Assembly (NCBI RefSeq): GCF_001194135.2
Contig: NC_068985.1
Location: 10,561,633 to 10,625,632, forward strand
Direction of reading: 5' to 3'
Length of the DNA stretch: 64,000 nt
Origin: Octopus bimaculoides
Lineage: Eukaryota
Under the pieces are notes generated by a model. It made no database searches and was not told the DNA's origin. It saw only the letters and a program-made list of their open reading frames with translations. Below, in pieces: positions 52,746 through 64,000 of this stretch. Position numbers and translations under genes: made by a program. Each line of letters opens with the position of its first letter. Positions within the stretch are counted from its first letter, which is position 1.

Positions 52746-53231
52746 CGTAAATGCATATGAGAATGTGAACCTCGCGAATCAGCTGTTATGTATTGACTAC
52801 TGAAGAATAGAACGAACATAATTGGTATGCTGTAGAAACAAACATCCGATAATCTGATATATGTGAATGCATGTGTGTGTATATATGTATACATGTATGC
52901 ATGTGTCAGGATATTAGTTTGCAATGGAAAAGGAATATAGATGTTATTGGAGTTTCTATGCTTTGTTTATTCTTCAATGCTCGTAGGTTGCACTGTTCTT
53001 CTTCAGCATATATATAGTAAAAAATTTTAATTGGGTTATTCAGCTCAGGCGTATGGATTTCCTTGCGAAAGAAACCAAAATTCTCGTTACAGACAAAAGT
53101 CTTAAAAGAAAAAAAAAAAGAAAAAAAAATTAAAAAACAAGCGTATGCAGATGAACAATGTGTTTTTGTTGTCTCGTGATAATCGTGTCTAGAATGCATT
53201 TGATCCTAGTACTTGTGGATCAAATCGTATA

Positions 53232-53595
53232 TCAGACAAAGCAACAACAACGGGAAATATTATTAACCCGTACACACCGTCCATATCGGTTCTACATCCT
53301 ACACTAATTTGAGGGCACTGTTCGGGGAGGCATCCAGTGTCTTTGGCGAGTTGATCTACTTACGTTGTGTTCAGACGACTCGCTCGAGTACGGCCATGCT
53401 TTGGCATCCGTAGTATTACGTGACTTGCCAGCTGTTGTTTAGCTCGCCAGCGATGTTCCATAAAACGCAGGCGCCTTTAATCTACATGGGACTTACACCC
53501 GAATGTTAAGATCAGTCTTAAACATTCCTTGGAGAACTCATTCCGTCAAGAAACAGATGTATGGAGATTACCCACCTGTTTCACCTTTATGCAAT
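53232..53595 (-). mobile_element. RTE-clade LINE 3' fragment with an inverted 5' segment
   Basis: Minus 53487->53232: RRLRFMEHRWRAKQQLASHVILRMPKHGRTRASRLNTT*VDQLAKDTG. Plus 53488->53595: GTYTRMLRSVLNIPWRTHSVKKQMYGDYPPVS, the immediately preceding part of RTE ORF2. Confidence 0.82.
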
Positions 53596-54066
53596 ATTCA
53601 TAATCGCTCTAAAGAAACCCCATTATTCCAATTTCTGTCTGTAACTTAGTTCAAATAAAATCAAAATTATTGTAAAATGAAAATGCGAGTGTTGGTTTTC
53701 CACAAGGATCTGAGTTATAATTTCTAAAATATGATCTTGTATAAAGAATCGAAATCTTGTATAGCTGTTCTATTCCATTTTCTCTTCTCTAAAGCGTTCC
53801 TGCTGTCTTAGACAATGCTACAATATGCTATGAAATAATTTAACAATAAAATATCATCTAAAATATTTCATGATATGACCTCTCAATAAACCGTTGACAT
53901 ACATGTACACAAGTTTACACAGATATTTGCACATATGTTCAAATGTAAGCATATAGTCATGGATATTAAAATACGAACGAATAACATGTTACACAAAAAT
54001 ACCTTTCCTGTGTCTATACAGACGTCGATCACTCTCCATCTTTCATCCTGTCTAAATCTCTATCTT

Positions 54067-54101
<35 letters not shown>

Positions 54102-55244
54102 CTCTCTCTCTGTTTCTCTCTCTCTGTTTCTCTCTCTCTCTCTTACTCTCTCTCTCTCTCTATTTCTCTCTCTCTCTCTCTCTCTCTNNNNNNNNNNNNN
54201 NNNNNNNNNNNNNNNNNNNNNNNNNNNNNNNNNNNNNNNNNNNNNNNNNNNNNNNNNNNNNNNNNNNNNNNNNNNNNNNNNNNNNNNNNNNNNNNNNNNN
54301 NNNNNNNNNNNNNNNNNNNNNNNNNNNNNNNNNNNNNNNNNNNNNNNNNNNNNNNNNNNNNNNNNNNNNNNNNNNNNNNNNNNNNNNNNNNNNNNNNNNN
54401 NNNNNNNNNNNNNNNNNNNNNNNNNNNNNNNNNNNNNNNNNNNNNNNNNNNNNNNNNNNNNNNNNNNNNNNNNNNNNNNNNNNNNNNNNNNNNNNNNNNN
54501 NNNNNNNNNNNNNNNNNNNNNNNNNNNNNNNNNNNNNNNNNNNNNNNNNNNNNNNNNNNNNNNNNNNNNNNNNNNNNNNNNNNNNNNNNNNNNNNNNNNN
54601 NNNNNNNNNNNNNNNNNNNNNNNNNNNNNNNNNNTATATATGTACACACACAGACACACACACGCATATATATACATATTCGCACACACACACACATAGA
54701 CGCTTATACATATGTGTGTATCAGTAGACGTATATAGCACCATCTCAGACTCAAATAAACTAATTTATTTCAAAATATCAGTTCCCATTAAATTCTATTG
54801 TCTCCTCCGTCTACATCTTCATACACACACACATTCTAAAAACCCTCACAACCTTTCTTTCCATCTAGACAAATCAATATTTGTACGAATCTTTATGCTT
54901 CAATAAACTCTATTTTCACAAACAAACTTTCTCATATGCTCAATCTCCATGTCACTGAGTCCATTCATTCGAATGAAAATGAGGAAAATATTAACTATCA
55001 TATTTTCAAGTTACGAAAACAGACTTGTTTATCTGTCGACCTACCCGTCCCCTAACACACGCACTCAAAATTACCTAACTCCCACTTTTTTTTTTTTTCA
55101 CGCATGATAAGCCGACAGATAATGTGTTCATATTCTTATTTAAAACCCAGCCTATGGCTTTGCAATTTTTAAATGCATTTAATTTCTTTAGATTTAATAT
55201 GTGCATGAAATAGATTCCATAGCCTATTAGCTTATATCATATCA

Positions 55245-55306
<62 letters not shown>

Positions 55307-55582
55307 CATTCATACATGTGTGTGCGTGTATGTACGTATGTATATATACTCCTTCGCCTCAACTTTCTCTCACTCTTTCTTCCTCTTNNNNNNNNNNNNN
55401 NNNNNNNNNNNNNNNNNNNNNNNNNNNNNNNNNNNNNNNNNNNNNNNNNNNNNNNNNNNNNNNNNNNNNNNNNNNNNNNNNNNNNNNNNNNNNNNNNNNN
55501 NNNNNNNNNNNNNNNNNTATGGATTGGCGTCCCGTCTAGCTGGGGGGAACACATACGCCGTAGAAACCGGGAAGCCGAGCCC

Positions 55583-55682
55583 ATGAGCCTGGCTTGGCTT
55601 CGAAAGGGCGCATAAAAAAATTATATATATATATATATATATAATTTTTTTATGCGCACTTTCGGAGCTTAACCAGGCTCAT
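55583..55682. repeat. 100-bp palindrome centred on (AT)n
   Basis: atgagcctggcttggcttcgaaagggcgcataaaaaaatt(at)n aatttttttatgcgcactttcggagcttaaccaggctcat. Confidence 0.9.
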
Positions 55683-55869
55683 ATATATATATATATGTAC
55701 TTGCATATAAGTATGTGGGAATTAGTTTGTATAACCAAGTGTAAAGATAATTTTCAGAAGCAGATTTTGTCTTTCTAAAAGTAAATACTAATAAATGACT
55801 GTCGTATGAAGTGTTATACTGCATATAACGTTTGTTACATAGTTATGACCGAAAGGTATTCTTTTTAAA

Positions 55870-56650
55870 CCAGTGGTGTGTTTTTACGTTGTCTGTTTAG
55901 TCGACAAACTTATCATATTGGTGATCAAAGTGTTGTTAAATTCTGTCCTCAAAACTTTCTTAGCGGAACTCGTTTCATTTGAGATTTCGAATTTTATCAT
56001 AAGTGTTTCGCTTCTTCATTACTGTTTAAAGTTTTTCATGGCAGTAATTTACTGGTTGTTCTAACTAAACAAGAGACAATTATTATCCAATTCAGTTCAC
56101 GGAATAGGAAATGATGTTTCGGAAGAAAATGTTATTTGCTTTCTAAGAAATGTGGGTATTGATATAGGTTGTTTAGGATATAAAAGGAGTTTAATTGAGA
56201 TGGATACTGACTGTTATTAAGACGGCCTGTTTTACAAGCACGATATCTTTATTTTTCAAAGATGGTTTTTGTCAAATCTAAACAGTGAAAGAAGAATTTA
56301 CATCGGGAATGAGACTGACTTCATTGTAACTTCGTTTGGTTAATCTGGTTTGTGTGCTCAGATAGTAAATATACTCCCTGATTTGCATTTATGTGGATAT
56401 AGTACTTGTTGTTAAAATCTTTACTTCCTATAAAGTTATTTCAAATACAGACAGTTTTGCAACTTTTTTTCCCCGATTGCAAGCTTTTGTTATCACTGCA
56501 TTCTTTGTGCGCATGTATGACGCTTTTAACAGCATTTCCTGTTATATCGTTGTAACTAATGTTACTTTCATTGTTATTTGTTTGTATATAGTGTCTAATA
56601 AATTGGATAAATCTTGGCAAATGTTGGTGTCTTAGCGTTATTTAGAACCC
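55870..56650 (-). mobile_element. Possible ancient Penelope-like RT remnant
   Basis: NAVITKACNRGKKVAKL resembles IVITKADKGNxVV; otherwise very decayed. Confidence 0.25.
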
Positions 56651-58075
56651 GTTCAGTACAGACTTCAAATTGTGTAGCAACTGTATGGATAAACTATTTT
56701 AGGTGACGAGAATGTTAACATTACTTGCAATAAATTTCAACAGCAACATCAACAAGAAACCAGGTGCCATTATTGTCTTCTTTACAATGTCAGATTTTGC
56801 AAACAGAAAAGATAAGTTCAACACTTCATGTTTAAAAATTAATAGCTTACAATACATCATAAAGAACATCTAAAGCGCATTCATTGAAACAAGGTCTTAA
56901 AATCCCGCACGGTATTCACATTAGAGTAATTCAGGAAATGTATTTACTACTTTACCATAATGCATTCAGTATTCAAATTACATCCGAAGTATTTTAGTTA
57001 AAACATCTACAAACAGAAGTGGTCTTATAACATACGAAACAATTCCTGTTTTTAGAGTTTAGATATGAATAAGAAGACTTCTGAACTATAAGTGACGCCT
57101 TAATACTAGAATAGAAAAGTTGTTTTCCTCATAACAAGCAACAACACAAAACTCACAAATATAGTAATTACATATTCGAACGGCATTGAAATTGTGGCTC
57201 CCTCATATTTTCTGGTATTTTATATCAAGGAGAACTTCATTAAAATTTTTATACCTCTCTTAAGTCTGTAGCATAATGTCTGGCGAATACTGGTCTACAA
57301 ATATTTGCAAGATTGTTATTGTGTAGAAAATATCTCGTTTAGGCAAAATATATAAATCAAAATATATAAATACACCATGAAAGGCAAATTTACTCCGGTG
57401 TTCGCCCGGAGATAATAACTCTGATGGATGTACGGTGTCCAAAACACAATACACATCGAAAGAAGATTAAAATCATACCGAGGGTGGTTGACGAAAATAC
57501 GAAATGCGTTTCTGCCTCAATGGGCGCAGTTAGTTGATTGTACTTACAGCTAACCTTAGAAGAAATTGGTAGACGACCAATATATTGGCATAAAAGGAAT
57601 AAACAATCCTGTATAGATGCCCAACTGAATAAAATATATGTTATATGCACAGAAGCAGTATTAGACTGAAATAGTCTACTATATATTATACTGTATATAT
57701 TACATTGCGAAAGAAAATGTATTACGGTATTTGCCTAGAGATAATACATCTTATGGACGTTCGTGTATTAAGACTACTGCATCTATCGAAGGCAAACGAA
57801 TATAGTTCCAGCATTGACTGGTGATCACATATTGCGTCTTAGCACGCGGCTGTCTATGAGTAGATGCTACTGACAACGACAAAGCCCAATGAAGCAGAAA
57901 TGAATTATAGCATTCTCACCAGCCGTTGCTTTATTTAAACACAGCACGTGCAAAAGAGCCATTATTTACGAACAAATAACACAATAAATTTGCTTTTTTG
58001 CAATGTTTTTACATTAACTACAATGTACAGATGGCTATTTTGATCTCATACTGCTTCTGTTGCATATTCTTTTCT

Positions 58076-58350
58076 TTAGGTATGACGTCTAGAATATAGA
58101 ACATAGGCGATCAGGTTCTGCCAAAATTCTCTGTTCTTTGTTTTCTGCAACAGTTCCAGTTCCCGATGCTTAATGCCTCTTTCTTCCAACCAATTCATCA
58201 AACTTGACATCCATATCATCCTTCTTTTTCTTTTGCATTTTCCCCCTTCAGTTCTTCCAGTCATCGCTAAATTCTCCAGCCCTCTTTCCTCATCACGACT
58301 AAGAAACCCCTGTTGCTTGGTTCTCAGCCCAGATCGTCACTTCTTTATCT
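58076..58350 (-). mobile_element. RTE-BovB-type LINE 3' end
   Basis: GLENLAMTGRTEGGKCKRKRRMIWMSSLMNWLEERGIKHRELELLQKTKNREFWQNLIAYVL, the typical RTE C-terminus. Confidence 0.85.
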
Positions 58351-59095
58351 ATATCGTATAATGGATGCATAAGAGAAAACCAGAATCAAACATTGTACAC
58401 TATCCCTCTGCCAGGGCACAAATTACCGTCAAAAGTAATTTTAAATTCATCAATTAACTACTGTTCTATGTAAGATCAGAACTAGTCAGCTCAATGCTGC
58501 GCCGATCATGAAGTTGATATCTCGCTCTCAAATTTCCTACGAAGTAACATGACTGTTAGGGAGAATCACAGGATGGTGCAAACAACATCGATAATGTATT
58601 TAATTGTAGTAGTATAACTGTTGATTGATAAATGTTTCTTTGCAATGACATATTGTACTCTAGCTAACTGCATTAGGACACAGCTTTACATTACACTCGT
58701 TCGTTATCATTACTAGCCCTTGTCAGCATTAATCAAACACATCTATGATCATAGGCGGTTTAACAATGCCATATCCGTTCTTTCAAACAATCTTTATCTG
58801 AGACTATTTTCTCCAATGCATCGGTAGTCATGAAACGATTGCTTCGTAATGATGGACAACTGGTTGTTCGTATTAGCAAATGGAATTATCACGTAAATGA
58901 TTTTTCGTTAGAAAATACAGTATCGATGTGTAATACTATAACTAATACAGTCATACCTTTGCCAATATTAATATAATTTCAGTATATATATCTACTTATG
59001 AGCGACGGAAAAGTATTTTTCGTTTCTTTTTTAGTTTTGAAGGAATCCATAGTAATATATACTAATATCTCTCTCTCTCTGTCTTCCTATCTCCC

Positions 59096-59132
<37 letters not shown>

Positions 59133-59664
59133 TACTATATACAATCGCTCGTGTTAAATACATAAATACTTTAATAGTATTAATACTTTGATACAATAGA
59201 CCACTTTCAGTGTCCCTCTCCTAAATCCACTCACAAAGCTTTGTTCGACATCTGTCTATAGCAGGACACACTTGCTGAAGGTATCATGGTGCGAGTTGAA
59301 ACCAGAGCAATGTGATTGCGATATTGCAAAAAAAATAAATAATAAAAATAAAAATAAAGAAAAAAAGGAAAAAGAAAAAAGAAGTAAATTACGACATGCA
59401 TTAAAACAAAAAACAAATAACTAAATTTTTACGTAATGGATTTCCCTTTTATGTTCCTTCATCACAATAGAAGTGGTTTTAGCCACAAAGAGTCTTCTTT
59501 ACTGCAATGCGTATATATTGATGAAAAAAATGATACTATTATAGAAAAGGAATAAAACAACATAATGTATTCATTAGAAGAAAGAAAATAGATGGGTCAC
59601 CTTCAATAGATATAGGTTCTCCATTTTTTGTTATTGAAATTACAATATATGATATATCGTCGTG

Positions 59665-60172
59665 GTATGACGACGACGGTTCTAGTTGAACCGGTCAACG
59701 GAACAGCCTGCTCGTGAAATTAACGTGCAAGTAGGTAAGCTCTCCACAGACACGTGTACCCTTAACGTAGTTCTCGGGGCGATTCAGCGTGACACAGAGT
59801 TTGACAAGGCTAGCCCTTTGAAATGCAGGTACAACAGAAACATAAAAAATGAGTGAGAGAAATTTGTGGTGAAAGAGTACAGCAGGATTCACCCCACACC
59901 TGTCGGAGCTTCGAGGAGCTTTAGGTGTTTCGCTCAATAAACACTCATAACACCCGGCTTGGGAATCAAAACTGCGATCCTTCAACCGCGAGTCCACTGC
60001 CCTAACCACTGGGTCATTGTGCCTCCCAAAACGGAGCACTCCGCCGGATACGACGACGATGGTTCAAGCTGATCCGATCAACGGAACAGCCTGCTCGTAA
60101 AATTAACGTGCAGTAGTTGAGCACTCTACAGATACGTGTACCTTTAAAGTCGTTCTAACCATTGCGCCTCCA
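59665..60172 (-). mobile_element. SINE family A copy plus an adjacent partial second copy
   Basis: Full copy 59665-60026, then a 3'-end segment fused to a head remnant 60030-60172. Confidence 0.8.
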
Positions 60173-61487
60173 CATCCGATATATAACTACTACTTGTATA
60201 TAGATCGATTNNNNNNNNNNNNNNNNNNNNNNNNNNNNNNNNNNNNNNNNNNNNNNNNNNNNNNNNNNNNNNNNNNNNNNNNNNNNNNNNNNNNNNNNNN
60301 NNNNNNNNNNNNNNNNNNNNNNNNNNNNNNNNNNNNNNNNNNNNNNNNNNNNNNNNNNNNNNNNNNNNNNNNNNNNNNNNNNNNNNNNNNNNNNNNNNNN
60401 NNNNNNNNNNNNNNNNNNNNNNNNNNNNNNNNNNNNNNNNNNNNNNNNNNNNNNNNNNNNNNNNNNNNNNNNNNNNNNNNNNNNNNNNNNNNNNNNNNNN
60501 NNNNNNNNNNNNNNNNNNNNNNNNNNNNNNNNNNNNNNNNNNNNNNNNNNNNNNNNNNNNNNNNNNNNNNNNNNNNNNNNNNNNNNNNNNNNNNNNNNNN
60601 NNNNNNNNNNNNNNNNNNNNNNNNNNNNNNNNNNNNNNNNNNNNNNNNNNNNNNNNNNNNNNNNNNNNNNNNNNNNNNNNNNNNNNNNNNNNNNNNNNNN
60701 NNNNNNNNNNNNNNNNNNNNNNNNNNNNNNNNNNNNNNNNNNNNNNNNNNNNNNNNNNNNNNNNNNNNNNNNNNNNNNNNNNNNNNNNNNNNNNNNNNNN
60801 NNNNNNNNNNNNNNNNNNNNNNNNNNNNNNNNNNNNNNNNNNNNNNNNNNNNNNNNNNNNNNNNNNNNNNNNNNNNNNNNNNNNNNNNNNNNNNNNNNNN
60901 NNNNNNNNNNNNNNNNNNNNNNNNNNNNNNNNNNNNNNNNNNNNNNNNNNNNNNNNNNNNNNNNNNNNNNNNNNNNNNNNNNNNNNNNNNNNAAACAAGA
61001 ACACATATGTAAGCATGCTTGATAATTTTGGCTGAGAATACAGTGAATAGCACGAACCATAGAAGCATTTATATATTCATTAACCAGCTACAAATTTCCC
61101 AAAGGGACACAAGGACCAGTAAAATTGCCCATTTCTATGCATTAACGCCTGGGATCTTGAAGATTCATACATTAATAAATATGAAAGAATGGGTCAAAAA
61201 CAAAGTTGATGAATACAATTGTCCAAGACATAGATCATTTCTTATATATAGTGATGCTTTAGATGATTTTATTTTCAGTTTTGTTCCATTTCAGTTTATA
61301 TTTGTAGATTGTAGCCGATAAGTATAACAGATCGATGCACAAAAGTCTCGATAATAGCATAAGAGGGACGATCCAGATATTGTTAACTCAATTTTGAGAT
61401 TCGGACGGCAAACGGGTGTCTTTTGTCTGTCCAATTCGATGATGCCAAAAGTGCCTTGTAGCCTATAGTTTGGTGTAAGGCAGTGGA

Positions 61488-61692
61488 CCTGCAGAATCAT
61501 TAGCACGTTGGGCAAAATGCTTAGTGGAATTTCGTCTGTCTTTACATTTTGAGTTCAAATTCTGCCGAAGTCGACTTATCTTTTCATCCTTTCGGCGTCG
61601 ATAAAATAACTACCTAGTGAGCACTAGGGTGGATATATTCGACTCGATCCCTTCTCCGAAATTAGTGTCCTTGTGTTAAAGTTTGATACCAA
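61488..61692 (+). mobile_element. SINE family C, sense
   Basis: gcagaatcattagcacgttgggcaaaatgcttag...gtccttgtgttaaagtttgatacc. Confidence 0.78.
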
Positions 61693-64000
61693 TATATAGT
61701 TTAGTGTACTTTAAAAGTACATTTAGACTATTTGTAAATTAATTTATTAGGATTCGTTCGCAAACAAATACCTATTGAAAGTGTATAAGATCTATCTGGT
61801 TCTTTGAGCCTTCCATGTATTCGTGAGCTGACAGAGATATTCTTGGCACTCCCATCTTTTGCCCATCAGGAAACTGATGAAACAGCTGATGGGAGAATGG
61901 TTTCTTTAGCAGCTTGTAGGTATTCACATTCAACAGATCAAACTGGAGCAATATGATACGAAATGTCTTCGTTGTTCGACGTCAAAAGGCACTCTGCATA
62001 CCCCACAGATTGAACCTACAACTACAAGAACGAGAGCTCAGTACCCTAACCATTAGGTCACGTTCCCTAAAGCCTTGGAGCAGTAGATCTGTAATCAATA
62101 CCTCTGTGGATAATGGAAAAGGCTATACAGTATCTGATGAAAATCCCAACGCAGGATTGATACTAATCCGGCTGATCATTGTTTGCTGATCGCTGTGTAT
62201 CTGAAAGTACGTTGCTCACATCTGCTTAATGCGTACACTTCTGACTAAAATCGATACACATGATCAGGCTGTATATTAGCGTTGGTAACATATTTGATTA
62301 TTTTTCAAATATTTATGTATTCCTCTCACACACCCGAAACGGTTTAGTGTGTAATAATCACCGGCTATCATAATAATTCTGCGCAAACTATTCATGTGCT
62401 TTAATCAAAGATGCTAAGCTATAAATAATTTATTGTAATTAAGATTATGAGTTTCAATCACTCTATGGATAAGACCTGTATTATTGCAGATGCTGAGTCG
62501 TGAATAATAAACCGCGTCATCAATAATTGCTGTGACGGAATCTGAGTGAAGCAACAAATCACTTGTATTCCAACTGTGGTTATAGGAACGGCTAGAAATA
62601 GCTGACAAATCTGTTTCAGTTCAGAGAATAACGACTATAAAATAAAAATACATTCGATGAGATAATCCTACTTTCACTAAGTTAGAGGACGTGTTTCTTC
62701 ATGTCTATAGATAGCATATATGTTCTGCAGATGATTTGTTGAAAAAGTGTCACTGCCTCAGTCGTCATGTAATTTCAACAGATCGACTGACATCGAAGAG
62801 GGTAAATGAGATCTTGTGATACAACCGAAATATCAATTTGATTGTGAAAATCTTGACGAAATCGAAAGTTAAATATTTGTTAGCTTGAAACGATTTTTGC
62901 TATAAATGTTTGTGTTTTATCAATGGAAAACATACTAAGTTAAAAATATTGGATGTTTGAATCGAGGCACTTTCGAGATTTCGTTTCATCTGATAATTTT
63001 TAATTCTAAACTATCTCCTATGTGCTGAATTTTTCTTTCAAAACCCAACGAGTTCAAGAAAGCATATACCAGTAATGTAATTTACTTATTTCTCTCACAC
63101 TTTTCCATCCCCCTCCTTTCTACCTCTCTCTCTCTCTGTCTCTCGCTGTCTCTCTCTGTCTCTCTCTTTCTCTGCTAAAAATTATATTTTCTGATATGTA
63201 AAAAAACCAAGCAAAACAAAATCATTGTAACATATTGTTAATATAACAGTGAGTAACTTAGAGAAATATACACACTGTTTGGAAGTCTAGACTGGTATCG
63301 ATATTTAATTGAGAAAAAATAATGAGCATAGAAAAGTTATGAATAACATATTCTTCAATGGCCCACGTCCCCACCCCACCAAAAAATATAGGTAAATAAT
63401 CACATTGCAGAGAATAAGAACATTAAATAAAAATCGCTGAAATGTATTGACAAGAAAAAGATAAGAAAATAGCGAGCAAGTTTTGTTTATATGTGATGCA
63501 ATTTCAATGAACAAGTTAAGAATAATATTTGCTTTTATGTCCAAACTTTGTAAAAGATACCGTTATAGCAACGACTTGTTTTTTTTAGCTTTACATTTTA
63601 ATTAAGTCCTTTAAATGAATTTCTGGACATCGATATTTTTTCAATAACTAAATATATCAGAAATATCGACTAAACAGAGGTAGGAAAATAAATAAATAAC
63701 AACAATATAGATAATTATTTAAAAAAATTATAAAAAAGACATATCAACAACGAAATTGAGCGGAAGGACATCAACAGGAAATTGAACAAGGATTAACAAT
63801 AAAAGGTTATAAGAAACGTGTTCTTTTAAATCACGTGTTCTATTAAATCAAATACATGGGTACTGTGCTCAAATCTCTTGCTGTGATACGTTAAAGCTAT
63901 AGGAAAATTAATAGCGGGAGGGCTGCCTCGGGGGTCAAGGAAGATGCAAATTGTGAGCTCCCCAAACACCACTCAATGAATAGGAGGTGAAATTTAAGAG

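Noticed and set aside
57380-57670. Plus-strand stretch PEIITLMDVRCPKHNTHRKKIK resembling an RLE domain
   Set aside because: Similarity is too weak to call without a profile search.

Overview
AT-rich, microsatellite-dense eukaryotic DNA with about 6 kb of N gaps. The repeat landscape (tRNA-headed SINEs with internal microsatellites, RTE, R4/Dong-type and L1/Tx1-type LINE fossils, mariner derivatives) suggests an octopus genome; this is inference, not a database match. Almost all ORFs in the six-frame track are microsatellite or gap artefacts. The best coding signal is a 61-nt first exon at 2784-2844 (+) encoding a signal-peptide-like MLFNITPIICALVLCVLFPR, followed by a strong phase-1 donor. 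No second exon was recognised, so most of the window may be one large intron. A low-confidence chain of short minus-strand exon candidates (34.4 kb and 26-28.5 kb, one with HExxH) is also noted. The most interesting non-coding signals are a dispersed repeat carrying a minimal Penelope-type hammerhead ribozyme fold with a variant core (CUGUKGA), an RTE insertion with a twin-priming-like 5' inversion, and several long hairpins or inverted duplications that could be ADAR or small-RNA substrates. Repeat boundaries are estimated by eye.
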